Shown here piece by piece: positions 49,907 through 59,956 of a DNA stretch of 62,277 nt (positions within the stretch are counted from its first letter, which is position 1; the number at the start of each line of letters is the position of its first letter). The stretch covers positions 1 through 62,277 of the forward strand of contig JAAZKW010000028.1 in assembly GCA_012799635.1 (NCBI GenBank), written 5' to 3'. Source of the DNA: Mollicutes bacterium. GTDB lineage: Bacteria > Bacillota_I > Bacilli_A > RF39 > UBA660. A program made the translations under genes and the position numbers. The notes beneath the pieces were generated by a model. The model did no database searches and was not told the DNA's origin. It worked only from the letters and a program-made list of their open reading frames with translations.

Positions 49907-50750
49907 TTTTCTCCTTTTTATTATAATCATCTAGAAAACTTTTATATTTACCATCTTTTTTTGTTCCTAATACACAATTTAAATTAATATTACTCATCGA
50001 AGCAAAGATATTCTTATCAACATCAATGTTTATTTTCTTCAGTTCTGCTATTAAATCTTTTATTTCTTTTCTTTTACTATCAAGCTCATCTAGATTACTA
50101 TTTTCTAAAAACTTACATGCACAATTTAAAAAACACAACTCATGGTCTTTAGCCCAAGCAATAATAGCTTTTTCTCTAACTAAATATAGTGGTCTTATAA
50201 GTTCAATTCCCTCATAATTATCACTGTGAAGTTTGGGTAACATTGTTTGAACCTCCCCAGCATAAAAAATTGATAAAAGTGTTGTTTCTATTACATCATT
50301 GAAATGATGACCTAAAGCTATTTTATTACAACCCATCGCTTTAGCTTTGCTATATAAAGCTCCTCTTCTCATTCTAGCACATAAATAACAAGGTGCTTTT
50401 TCATTTAAAGCATTACTACTTTCAAATATATTTGTAGAAAACACCTCTAAAGGAAGATTTAACTTTCTAGCATTTTCCTTTATTAAGGATATGTTTTCAT
50501 CATTATATCCTGGATTCATACAAACATAGCTAACTTTTATTTTACAAGGGCCATGCAACGCTAATTCTTCCATACATTTTGCAAGTAAGAAAGAATCTTT
50601 CCCTCCAGATATACAAACCATAATATGATCATTATCACTAACCAATTTATAATCACTTATTGCCTTTGTAAAAAGACGCCAAATATCTTTACGAAATTTA
50701 GTGATAATACTTCTTGATACTTTTTCATTATATTTTAATTTCTTTTTCAT
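49881..50750 (-). CDS. ttcA: tRNA 2-thiocytidine biosynthesis protein TtcA
   Basis: SGGKDS PP-loop, PCYLCARMRRG, IALGHHFND, LIRPL. Confidence 0.9.
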   Translation of the reverse strand: MKKKLKYNEKVSRSIITKFRKDIWRLFTKAISDYKLVSDNDHIMVCISGGKDSFLLAKCMEELALHGPCKIKVSYVCMNPGYNDENISLIKENARKLNLPLEVFSTNIFESSNALNEKAPCYLCARMRRGALYSKAKAMGCNKIALGHHFNDVIETTLLSIFYAGEVQTMLPKLHSDNYEGIELIRPLYLVREKAIIAWAKDHELCFLNCACKFLENSNLDELDSKRKEIKDLIAELKKINIDVDKNIFASMSNINLNCVLGTKKDGKYKSFLDDYNKKEKNEKVSKKS

Positions 50751-50751
50751 T

Positions 50752-51390
50752 TTACCCTTTAAATGATGCATCAACATAATATATTGGTCTTTTCTCTTTT
50801 AAATATTGTTTTTCATAATTAGTCATTATATTCGGAATAGGATTTTCATCATTATGTAAATCTAAAGAAACTCTATCAAATGAATACCAATATTGACTAA
50901 GTGTTTCTAAAGAATATGCAAAAAATCCTTTATTATCAGTTTTTAATATAATTCGTTTGTGTTTTCTAAATACCTTATCGTATCGTTTTAAAAAACTTTC
51001 ATGAGTAAGACGCCTTCTTATATCATGTTTTTTAGGCCAAGGATCACAAAAAGTTAAATATATAGTATCTATTTCTTTTCCAAAGATATGATCTATTTCT
51101 TGAGCATCTGCGTTTATTAATCGCAAATTTTTTAAATTTACTTTTTCTAAATTGTTAACAGCCATCACCATTTGAGAATCTATTTGCTCAAGACCAATAA
51201 AGTTAATATTCGGATAACTTTTAGCCATATCAATAATAAAATCCCCTCTTCCCATTCCTAACTCTAGTTTAATAGGGTTATTATTATTAAATAACGTATG
51301 CCATTTTCCCTTATACTTTTCTGGATTTTTAACTAAATATTTGCTTTTAGATATTATTATATCAGCATTTTTTATTACATTATATTTCAT
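50752..51390 (-). CDS. trmB: tRNA (guanine-N7)-methyltransferase
   Basis: LELGMGRG, FCDPWPKK, LKTDN, MTNYE. Confidence 0.92.
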   Translation of the reverse strand: MKYNVIKNADIIISKSKYLVKNPEKYKGKWHTLFNNNNPIKLELGMGRGDFIIDMAKSYPNINFIGLEQIDSQMVMAVNNLEKVNLKNLRLINADAQEIDHIFGKEIDTIYLTFCDPWPKKHDIRRRLTHESFLKRYDKVFRKHKRIILKTDNKGFFAYSLETLSQYWYSFDRVSLDLHNDENPIPNIMTNYEKQYLKEKRPIYYVDASFKG

Positions 51391-51799
51391 TTATCTTCCT
51401 TTTTTCTAAATAATCGATTGCTTTTGTAAAAAGTTCTTTAATATCTTCATATGTAATTTTTATAAAGACTTCTTCTTTTGAAAACCACCCATAATCACTT
51501 ACTTCACTTTCCTGAACAGTGATTTCTTGATTCAAAGCTTTAGCTATAAAAAAGACCACTTCTTTTTGGACATCCTTTGCTTCAATATAATAACTTATAA
51601 CAAATTTTTTATCAGATAATATTTGAACATCAATATTTGTCTCTTCTTTAGTTTCTCTTATAGCAGTTTGTTTTTCATGTTCCTTTTCTTCCATATGTCT
51701 TTTGGGAAATCCCCAATAATTGGCTTCTTTTTGTTTAATAAGTAAAAATTGTTTCTTATCATTTATAACGATACATCCACAGCACTTTTCTTTTTTCAT
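51380..51799 (-). CDS. NUDIX hydrolase (Ap4A-hydrolase-like)
   Basis: WGFPKRHME...TAIRETKEETNI. Confidence 0.85.
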   Translation of the reverse strand: MKKEKCCGCIVINDKKQFLLIKQKEANYWGFPKRHMEEKEHEKQTAIRETKEETNIDVQILSDKKFVISYYIEAKDVQKEVVFFIAKALNQEITVQESEVSDYGWFSKEEVFIKITYEDIKELFTKAIDYLEKRKINEI

Positions 51800-51800
51800 T

Positions 51801-53168
51801 TTATTTTCCTTTTAAAATATCTATTATAGGAAGAAGATTCATACCAAAAGAACCTTTAAACAAAATAGCATCATCTTTTTCTAAAACTTCGTCTAAATAA
51901 GGCAAAATATCATAAGCCTTCTTAAACCATTTAACATTCTCTTTATTATATCCCTTATTAAGAATTATACTTAATGTATCTTTACAAGCATCTCCAACTA
52001 AAATAATTTTATCAAAATTATATTTAATAACTTCTTTACCCAGGTCTTCATGAATGCTTTTGGAAAACTTTCCTAATTCTAACATATCCGCTAAACATAT
52101 CAATTTTCTCTTACTAGGCAAACTATTAAACTGTCTTAAAGCAAGTTTCATAGAATCTATATTAGCATTATAAGCATCATTTACTATTTTAACACCACTT
52201 TTATTAATTAATATTTCTCCTCTTCCAGAGCTTACACTATAACTTCTTAATGCCTTTTTAATTGAAGAGCTATCTACATTATATAAATCTCCAACTGCAT
52301 AAGCAATTAAACTATTATATATAAAACCCTTTCCCAAAATATTTATAACTATTTTTTCATTATTAATCAAAAAAGTATTATGACCATCTTTTTCTATAAT
52401 ATTAGTAGCATTATAATCACAATTCGAATTAATTCCTACAGTAAGTATATTATATTTATCTTTAAGTTTATTATAAGCTTGATGAAGTAAGTCATTATCT
52501 TTATTAATAAGTAATTTACCTTCTTTTTTAAGACCATCTAAAATTTCAAGTTTTGCTTTTAAAATATTTTCTCTTGATCCTAGATTACCAATATGAGCAG
52601 TCCCCACATTTGTAATAATAGCTAAATCAGGTTTACCTATTTTTGATAAAACAGATATTTCTCCTAAAGAATTCATCCCCATTTCACTAACAATTATCTC
52701 TTCATCTTTTAATCTTAATATCGTAAGAGGAAATCCTATCGCATTGTTCAAATTTCCTTCATTTTTTAATACCTTATATTTCTTGGAAAGAACACTTGCT
52801 ACCATTTCTTTAGTAGTTGTTTTTCCTACACTTCCAGTTATACCAATAAGAGGAATGTTTGTCATACTTAATTTATATTCTGCAAGCTTTTGTAAAAATA
52901 AAATAGTATTTTCTGTAAGAATAATAGTATTTCTCTTATTTTTAATCACATCTTTATTATCTAAAATACATATCTTTGCACCTTTTTCAAAAGCATCTTC
53001 ATAAAAAGTATTACCATCTATTATCTCACCCTTAATACCAACAAAAACATCTCCTTGTTGAAGTTTTCGTGTATCAATACAAAAATTATCTAATACTAGG
53101 TTTTCATTTCCGCAAATAATTTTTGCATTTAGTTTTTCTAAAATATCCTTAATTACTATTTGCTTCAT
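51801..53168 (-). CDS. murF: UDP-MurNAc-tripeptide D-Ala-D-Ala ligase
   Basis: ITGSVGKTTTKE, EMGMN, NDAYNAN, DMLELG, LFKGS. Confidence 0.95.
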   Translation of the reverse strand: MKQIVIKDILEKLNAKIICGNENLVLDNFCIDTRKLQQGDVFVGIKGEIIDGNTFYEDAFEKGAKICILDNKDVIKNKRNTIILTENTILFLQKLAEYKLSMTNIPLIGITGSVGKTTTKEMVASVLSKKYKVLKNEGNLNNAIGFPLTILRLKDEEIIVSEMGMNSLGEISVLSKIGKPDLAIITNVGTAHIGNLGSRENILKAKLEILDGLKKEGKLLINKDNDLLHQAYNKLKDKYNILTVGINSNCDYNATNIIEKDGHNTFLINNEKIVINILGKGFIYNSLIAYAVGDLYNVDSSSIKKALRSYSVSSGRGEILINKSGVKIVNDAYNANIDSMKLALRQFNSLPSKRKLICLADMLELGKFSKSIHEDLGKEVIKYNFDKIILVGDACKDTLSIILNKGYNKENVKWFKKAYDILPYLDEVLEKDDAILFKGSFGMNLLPIIDILKGK

Positions 53169-53302
53169 AACAATCCCCTTTCAAAATAATTAACTAAATC
53201 TATTGTATCACGTAAGTAATAAAAACAAAACTTTTTATTGCTTGACATTTTATCTGTTCTTATGTAGTATAAAGCTTAATTAACTTGGAAAGGAAATTTA
53301 AA

Positions 53303-53716
53303 ATGGAACAAAAAAAGAAAGAAGTTACTGGCCTTAGAAAAGGAAATCGTCTTAAAAAAATTACAGCTGCAGCTTTAATTGGTTGTAGTTTAATTACTTT
53401 ATGTGGATGTGATAGTGGGAATAGAAAAAGTTCATATAGTTATAACTATACCTTTAATAAAGCAATAATAAATAATTACGATGGCAATGTTATGATTGTT
53501 GATGTTAAAACTTGGGATTATATTACTTATGAAGAAACACAACAACTATTGATAACCACAACAGATGATTTAGTTATTTTCACTAATACTATTGACACAA
53601 GGATCTTTGGTGATAAGAATTCACAAACCTCAGTTGAAGATTTTGCAAGAGCTTGCTTTGGTGAAGATAGGAATATTGTTTATTATAATGATATAAATAA
53701 AAGTCACGAAAGATAA
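53303..53716 (+). CDS. Putative lipoprotein, hypothetical
   Basis: Basic N-terminus, hydrophobic stretch and LCGC lipobox-like motif; TTGACA at 53243. Confidence 0.6.
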   Translation: MEQKKKEVTGLRKGNRLKKITAAALIGCSLITLCGCDSGNRKSSYSYNYTFNKAIINNYDGNVMIVDVKTWDYITYEETQQLLITTTDDLVIFTNTIDTRIFGDKNSQTSVEDFARACFGEDRNIVYYNDINKSHER

Positions 53717-53842
53717 ACCATATCTATTTGCTTTAAAAAACTGTGATTATTAGTTTCACAGTTTTATTTTGGTTTTTATATATTCATAAACTTTTGATAT
53801 AAAAGTTCACACTTTTCTTGACCCATTTTTTTAAATTTACAT

Positions 53843-54742
53843 TTAATTGGTATTCTCCTCAAATAATGATTTTGTTATTGAACCAATGCCAACCCCTATA
53901 GCGGTAATAAATAAATACCATGCACTATGAATTAAAACAAACTTATTGTAAAAAATAAAAACCGAAGGTATAAAAAGTAAAGATACTATCATAGGATAAA
54001 ACGCTTTATTTTTTAGATTAGATTTATAACCAAATATTATTGATAAGAAAAAAGCTAATAACATATTTAATAAAATAGTTCCCATATGATTAAATTTCAA
54101 AAAGAACATCGGCAAAAGATAAAACAATAGAAGTTGAATAAACAAAATATTTGAATCCCATAAATTTATTTTAAATTTTTTTGACATTTTACTAACAACT
54201 TCATTTACTTCATCCCACGAAGAAACCCTATCATATGGAAGATACAAATCTTTATTGTAATAACTGGTAAATAAATAACAGGTCGTTTTAGTATTAGATA
54301 CTTCCTCAATGTTGAAATGTGAATCATCAAAGAATAAATCTATTCCATATTCTTCACAAGCTTTTGCTTTTTCTTTATCACAGATTAGTTTATCATATTT
54401 AATTCCATATTTTTTCAATTGCTTTGCAGTTGATCTATAAGCATCCTTTAAATGTTTATTATTTCTTGCAGTAATTATATATATTTTATGACCTTTTTCT
54501 TTTAAAGAATTTATTACTTTAACAGCATTTTCTTTAGCGGGTATTTTATCAAAACTTTTCTCAAACAACTCAAAAACCGCCTTAATATCTTCCTTTTTCA
54601 GATATTTAGTTAATTGCATATAATAAATACCATCTTTAATTAAAGAAGAAACATCAATATTAAATTTCTTATTCAAAATATGTTTATTAAAGTATTCACA
54701 TGTTGACGATATTGTATCATCTATATCAAATCCTATTTTCAT
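53843..54742 (-). CDS. HAD 5'-nucleotidase-like domain fused to a four-TM C-terminal domain
   Basis: IGFDIDDT, IITAR, FFDDS, then a hydrophobic tail. Confidence 0.75.
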   Translation of the reverse strand: MKIGFDIDDTISSTCEYFNKHILNKKFNIDVSSLIKDGIYYMQLTKYLKKEDIKAVFELFEKSFDKIPAKENAVKVINSLKEKGHKIYIITARNNKHLKDAYRSTAKQLKKYGIKYDKLICDKEKAKACEEYGIDLFFDDSHFNIEEVSNTKTTCYLFTSYYNKDLYLPYDRVSSWDEVNEVVSKMSKKFKINLWDSNILFIQLLLFYLLPMFFLKFNHMGTILLNMLLAFFLSIIFGYKSNLKNKAFYPMIVSLLFIPSVFIFYNKFVLIHSAWYLFITAIGVGIGSITKSLFEENTN

Positions 54743-54755
54743 TTTATACTCCTTT

Positions 54756-55370
54756 TTATCTATTTCTAACCTTTTGGTAAAACTCATATAAAGAATTTTC
54801 ATCTTTAATAAAATAACTATCTATTCCAGCATTCTTAGCACCATCGATATCATCTTTTTGATCATTTCCAATCATAATACATTTATCTTTTGGTGTATCT
54901 CCTATAGCGAGTAAAAAAGCTTCAAGATGGGGCTTTATAGCATCATCTCCGGTTATAACCTCATCTATATATTCATATAATCCCATTTTCCTAAGTCTAG
55001 GCACTTGAGTTTCTCTAAACCAACTAGTAAGAACAACAATGCTTTTATTATTATTTTTTAAATAACCGAAAAGTTCCCGAACCCCTTTGGGATGTGTATC
55101 AATAATATTTTCTCCTTGATAAACAAGCCATTTATGTATTAACTTTTCAGATATATTAAAACCATAAAATTTAAAACAAGAAATTAAGAGTTCTACATCA
55201 TATTTTTTAGCTTCGCTATAAAATTTATCAATTACTAATTCTTTTTTACTTAAAAAATCTTCTAAAATGCTAGGTTCTAAATTATCTTCAAAAAATTTTT
55301 TTTCTTTAGACCAATTTGGTATTAATAGAGTATAATCTAAATCAAAAATATATTTATCATAATCTTTCAT
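54756..55370 (-). CDS. HAD-family hydrolase
   Basis: IFDLDYTL, KPHLEAF, MIGNDQKDDIDGA. Confidence 0.88.
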   Translation of the reverse strand: MKDYDKYIFDLDYTLLIPNWSKEKKFFEDNLEPSILEDFLSKKELVIDKFYSEAKKYDVELLISCFKFYGFNISEKLIHKWLVYQGENIIDTHPKGVRELFGYLKNNNKSIVVLTSWFRETQVPRLRKMGLYEYIDEVITGDDAIKPHLEAFLLAIGDTPKDKCIMIGNDQKDDIDGAKNAGIDSYFIKDENSLYEFYQKVRNR

Positions 55371-55485
55371 GTAATCTCCTATTTATTATTATAAAGCATT
55401 TCCATAATAAAGGAAACTGTAAATATTCCAAAATAAAAGTCGCAAATAAATTTTAAGCGACAAAATTAACTGTTAAATCAATTAT

Positions 55486-55842
55486 TTAATTAAAACGAGG
55501 TCCTCGTCCCTGCCTTTGACATCCTCTTCCACAACTTTTATTTTGCCCATCACAAAGTCGATACTCTCCACCTTCAATTGTTAAAGATTTTCCATTAACT
55601 AAAACTTCTGCTAGTTTTTTTCTTGCTTCAACATAAATACCTTGAACAGTGCTACGAGCAACATTCATTTGCAAAGCGCATTCTTCTTGAGTAAAACCCT
55701 CTAAGTCAATAAGTCTTATAGCTTCATACTCATCTACACTCATAATTATATGTCCTTCTTTTTTTAACAAAGGATTAAGAGGACCAAAACTATTACTTAT
55801 AGGAAGACAACATACTCTTCTTCTTTTTCTTGGTCTTGCCAT
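55486..55842 (-). CDS. DUF134 HTH DNA-binding protein
   Basis: [40 protein letters not shown]. Confidence 0.9.
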   Translation of the reverse strand: MARPRKRRRVCCLPISNSFGPLNPLLKKEGHIIMSVDEYEAIRLIDLEGFTQEECALQMNVARSTVQGIYVEARKKLAEVLVNGKSLTIEGGEYRLCDGQNKSCGRGCQRQGRGPRFN

Positions 55843-55888
55843 ACTAAATCAACTCCATTTCACTTAAAGACTAACCAATAATTTTTGG

Positions 55889-56158
55889 TTAGTCTTTAAG
55901 GTTTTCTAATTGTTTATCGACTGCTTCAAGTTCATCTTGTAAAATGTCTTTTTGTTCTTTAAGGATTTCTTTTTTTGTTTTTGAAGATACTTGATTCATT
56001 CTAAAACATCTTCTCCCACCACGTCTGCAGCCAAACCCTAGGCCTAATCCCATTCCAGTTCCAACATCATTTTGTTGTCCATTATCTGTACAATTTCCTA
56101 AGCCTCTTCCTGTTGCTGGGCCTTTACCTGTTGGACCCATTCCATCTTTCTTCGGCAT
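55889..56158 (-). CDS. DUF5320-like Gly/Arg-rich small protein
   Basis: MPKKDGMGPTGKGPATGRGLGNC and a C-terminal coiled coil; start 56158 after AGGAGGTG. Confidence 0.8.
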   Translation of the reverse strand: MPKKDGMGPTGKGPATGRGLGNCTDNGQQNDVGTGMGLGLGFGCRRGGRRCFRMNQVSSKTKKEILKEQKDILQDELEAVDKQLENLKD

Positions 56159-56177
56159 GTTATTCACCTCCTTATAA

Positions 56178-56236
56178 TTTCTGACATATGTCAATAACCA
56201 CTTATAGTATATCACATTTCTGGCATATGTCAATAA
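56178..56236 (-). promoter_or_regulatory. Promoter with two palindromic operators TG(A/G)CATATGTCA
   Basis: 20-bp repeats at 56178-56197 and 56217-56236; one overlaps TTGACA, the other lies between the extended -10 and the RBS. Confidence 0.75.
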
Positions 56237-56352
56237 TTATTTGGTTATTTTATTCAATTAAACTTTTAGCATCTTTTCTAGCTTTTCTATCTGTTTCAAT
56301 TAAATCATATTATTCTTTAAATAAAAATAATATAAAAAAAGGTAAAATGTGT

Positions 56353-57930
56353 TTACTTTTTACCTTTATCTTTTTTATTAACAGATGTGTTAGTAATATT
56401 ATCCTGAACTTTTGTCATTTCCTCAGCATTCTTTAAAGAAGCCTCATATTGTTCTTCGATAATTTTAATTTCTTCTACCGTAAATAAATCCCTTCTAGCA
56501 TAAAGTCTTACTCCAACTCTACCTTCTTCATAAATAATAATATATTTTTCATTATCTATATTATAAAATAATGCATCAGATGTATCTACTAGTATATGAG
56601 TAAAATCATATTTTTTAATAAATTCTTGATAATCTAATTGTCCTGTTTGAAGTTTATAGTTTTCTTCAAAAATATCTTCTTTATGATTATTCTTTTTCAA
56701 AAACACTTCTGCTCTTGGATCTATATATGATTTAAATCCTGCAAACTCCACTGTTCCACCATTATTAAATGATGAATATACTGTCGAAGTTTTAGGATCC
56801 GCATACATTTGAAGCACTGCCATTGCATTAGAAAGCCCATTAGAAAGAGCAATGTTCTTACTATTAATAGCAAATAATACCATCGTTCCCCCCATAGAGG
56901 CAATTGCTAAAATTATAGTAAAAACCTGGATTATTGTCTTCAAAACTTTATTGTTTATTTTTATATTTTTAGGATATATGTCCCTAAAGAAATATGCAAA
57001 GGGAAAGAAAGCTACTAGAATAAAATGACTTAATGCTTTAATAGTTATAAAGCCTAATATTAAAGTGCCTGCGATTAAACATAAATATCTAACACGCATA
57101 CGTCCATTTTTGAAATATCCAAAACATAACATAATTGTAAGAGCTATACCAAAAATTATATAGCAAGTTAAGGAATTAAAAGTAAAAGGTCCTAATTCTA
57201 ATATATATAAATGCATTAACTTATTACCATAACTTCTAAATATAAATGTTATTGCATCTACCGTATAGGGATTAATAAAACCTACTAATAAAGAAACTAC
57301 TATTGCTAAAAAGAACGGCTTTTTCTCAAATCCTTGAAGCTTTAATTTTTCACACTTAAAGGAATCAATTACATATGGAAGAATAAATAAGAACATCATC
57401 CACCATAGTGAAGCATGTAAATTAATTTCAAGCAGTGATAAAAAAGGAAGCCATAATAAATATCTTTTCTTCTTAGTTTTAATATAGAGTTCTAATACAT
57501 AAATAACTGCCAATAATATAGCGAAGCTAAATATTTGAGGTCTAGTTACTATATAATTAATACTTAATATAAAATCACAAAGTAACATTATAATAAGAGA
57601 TAAGTTTTCATTATTATCACTTAATAACATTGATATTTTAAATAATAATAAACATATTATAAAATTAACACCAATAACAAGAACAATAAGTCCTATTTCT
57701 TTGAAAAAATCAAATACGAGCCAAAATATAACTGCTGAAAGCCAATTTTGAACTACTATATCTAATCCCTGATGAATAGAAAGAACATCTTGATAATAAA
57801 TGCCATTATTAACAATTTCTCTGCCTTCAGCAAGAATATACCATAGATCATTATCAAGTATACCTTTTAATAAAATAAATAATGCGGGCAAACTAAAAAA
57901 TAATAAATATTTCCATATTTTCTTTTTCAT
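56353..57930 (-). CDS. Polytopic membrane protein, GT-C glycosyltransferase-like
   Basis: DNDLWY..EGREI, RPQIFS, INLH, YIDPRAEVF; many TM segments. Confidence 0.6.
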   Translation of the reverse strand: MKKKIWKYLLFFSLPALFILLKGILDNDLWYILAEGREIVNNGIYYQDVLSIHQGLDIVVQNWLSAVIFWLVFDFFKEIGLIVLVIGVNFIICLLLFKISMLLSDNNENLSLIIMLLCDFILSINYIVTRPQIFSFAILLAVIYVLELYIKTKKKRYLLWLPFLSLLEINLHASLWWMMFLFILPYVIDSFKCEKLKLQGFEKKPFFLAIVVSLLVGFINPYTVDAITFIFRSYGNKLMHLYILELGPFTFNSLTCYIIFGIALTIMLCFGYFKNGRMRVRYLCLIAGTLILGFITIKALSHFILVAFFPFAYFFRDIYPKNIKINNKVLKTIIQVFTIILAIASMGGTMVLFAINSKNIALSNGLSNAMAVLQMYADPKTSTVYSSFNNGGTVEFAGFKSYIDPRAEVFLKKNNHKEDIFEENYKLQTGQLDYQEFIKKYDFTHILVDTSDALFYNIDNEKYIIIYEEGRVGVRLYARRDLFTVEEIKIIEEQYEASLKNAEEMTKVQDNITNTSVNKKDKGKK

Positions 57931-58017
57931 AAAAAAACTCCTTATAATTTACTAGTCTAATCCCTAAGTAAATTATAAGGGTATTTGCTTATTAAAGTCA
58001 AGTAAATATGCTTAAAA

Positions 58018-58386
58018 CTATATCCACCTTGAAATAGAAACTATTCTTGTAGTATATTCTTGATAGTTAGTAAATAATTTAATAATTACATTAATAAATT
58101 CTTTAACCATTTCTTTATAATCTTTTTTAACATTTATTTTAATCATTTGTTTTTGAACTTCTTTTCTAAAAGCATAATCATTTATATACTTTGCTACTGC
58201 ACTATCTAAATTGGTAATTTTTTCAACACTTACTGAATCATTGATATCAACATTAAAAATGTATTCACGATATATCCGAATAATACTTTTAGTTATTTCA
58301 TCCTCTTTTAAAGGATTAAATTCAATAATACTATAATAATTTGGACAATATTTTAAAACTTTTTTACTGTATTCCAACTTTATCAC
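58018..58386 (-). CDS. Hypothetical protein
   Basis: 122-aa ORF with GTG start; no family recognised. Confidence 0.6.
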   Translation of the reverse strand: MIKLEYSKKVLKYCPNYYSIIEFNPLKEDEITKSIIRIYREYIFNVDINDSVSVEKITNLDSAVAKYINDYAFRKEVQKQMIKINVKKDYKEMVKEFINVIIKLFTNYQEYTTRIVSISRWI

Positions 58387-58498
58387 TACCTTATCTTTAA
58401 TACATCATATACTAAAAGTTAGTTTTTGTAAATACAAATTAAAAAAATTTTATACCTTAAAATAAAAAAAGCCCTTAATTATGGACTATTTTTAAAAA

Positions 58499-58574
58499 TG
58501 GTGTCCTGTTGGGAGCTCGAATCCCAGACCCCTTGATTAAAAGTCAAGTGCTCTACCTACTGAGCTAACAGGAC
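58499..58574 (-). tRNA. tRNA-Lys(UUU)
   Basis: Cloverleaf, anticodon loop CTTTTAA, encoded CCA. Confidence 0.95.
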
Positions 58575-58586
58575 ATAAAACGAAAA

Positions 58587-58662
58587 TGGCTGCCTCGGGT
58601 GGACTCGAACCACCGGAATGTCAGAGTCAAAGTCTGATGCCTTACCACTTGGCTACGAGGCA
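58587..58662 (-). tRNA. tRNA-Gln(UUG)
   Basis: Cloverleaf, anticodon loop CTTTGAC, encoded CCA. Confidence 0.95.
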
Positions 58663-58666
58663 ATAA

Positions 58667-58750
58667 TGGTGGAAGGAGACGGATTTGAACCATCGTACCC
58701 AAGGGAACAGATTTACAGTCTGCCGCGTTTGACCACTTCGCTATCCTTCC
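58667..58750 (-). tRNA. tRNA-Tyr(GUA)
   Basis: Cloverleaf with long variable arm, anticodon loop CTGTAAA, encoded CCA. Confidence 0.95.
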
Positions 58751-58913
58751 AAATTATTAAAAATCGCGCATAAAAAATAACCGCCTTTTTCAATACAAGC
58801 ACTATATTATCATGAAATTCTCTTTTTGTGAATACTTTTTTAACAATTTGCTTGAATTTTACGATAATATTATATTAAAAATTATACTAATTAAAATAAT
58901 ATTTCTTTTATTT

Positions 58914-59954
58914 TTAACTTTTTTCTCCAATAAAAATTAATTCTCTTTGAATAATAAAATTAACAACAAATATTACTAGATCAACTACTATCTTAATTAA
59001 AGTTGGATTAATACTAATGAGTGTTGCTAAGTATTCTACCGTTAATCCAGATACAAACATTTGAATAATAACTAATAAGACGTATTTAATAAAAGATGTT
59101 TTATTTTCTTTTTTAAATACTAATTTAGCATTAACCATATAATTATATAAACTTGATATAACTCTTGCACAAATTGTTGCTAATAAAATATTGTAATTAA
59201 ACTTAAATAATATCCAAAACAAAGAAAAAAACAAAATATCAACAACAAATGATGAAATTGATGCAAAAATATATTTTAAAAATAATTTATATATTGAAAT
59301 AGAATCTTTAATAGGATTAAAATGACTTTCACTATTTCCAGATATATAAATCGTTTCAATATCAACTTCATAAATAGGAACATTCTTATTAATAGTTTCT
59401 ATTAACATATTTGTTTCATATTCAAACCTTTCCCCTAGTGTATCTATAAACTTAACCATAACATCTTTTGGGTACCCTCTTAAACCTGTTTGAGTATCAG
59501 TAATACTAAGTCCTATAAAGAGCTTAAAAACTCTTCTTGTTATCTTATTTCCAAACTTATTTCTTGTTGGAACATTTTTACTATCAAAATTACGACAACC
59601 CAAAATTAAACTATTTGGATGTCGTTCTATTTCACTTGCTACTTTCTTTATATCTTTAATGCTATGTTGTCCATCACTATCAGCGGTAACAACACCCTTT
59701 AGTTTAGGATAAGTATTTAAAAGATAATTAAAAGCATCCTTCATAGCCCTACCTTTTCCTAAATTAATGTAATGATGTAAAACTATTATACCTTTTTTCT
59801 CTATCTTTTTAAAAAAATCATTATATTCTTTTCTACATCCATCATTAATTACTAAAATATTTTTAGTTTCTTTTAATAAGTTATCTAAAAAAGCTTCGAA
59901 AATTTGAATATTAGGATTAAGGGTTGGAATTACTACAAAAATATTATCATTCAT
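58914..59954 (-). CDS. Bifunctional GT2 glycosyltransferase / GtrA-like flippase
   Basis: VVIPTLNP, INDG, TADSDGQH, DTQTGLRG, RFEYE, C-terminal GtrA-like TMs. Confidence 0.9.
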   Translation of the reverse strand: MNDNIFVVIPTLNPNIQIFEAFLDNLLKETKNILVINDGCRKEYNDFFKKIEKKGIIVLHHYINLGKGRAMKDAFNYLLNTYPKLKGVVTADSDGQHSIKDIKKVASEIERHPNSLILGCRNFDSKNVPTRNKFGNKITRRVFKLFIGLSITDTQTGLRGYPKDVMVKFIDTLGERFEYETNMLIETINKNVPIYEVDIETIYISGNSESHFNPIKDSISIYKLFLKYIFASISSFVVDILFFSLFWILFKFNYNILLATICARVISSLYNYMVNAKLVFKKENKTSFIKYVLLVIIQMFVSGLTVEYLATLISINPTLIKIVVDLVIFVVNFIIQRELIFIGEKS

Positions 59955-59956
59955 AT

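Noticed and set aside
1628-56903. Short opposite-strand or nested ORFs in the track (e.g. 1628, 2214, 4547, 7488, 13931, 17546, 19930, 26112, 29469, 29973, 30082, 32632, 34135, 38979, 45767, 46820, 50026, 52744, 56188, 56721)
   Set aside because: They are shadows of well-supported genes with no recognisable motifs.
58499-58750. tRNA cluster as an integration site
   Set aside because: No duplicated tRNA 3' end or integrase noticed in the window.
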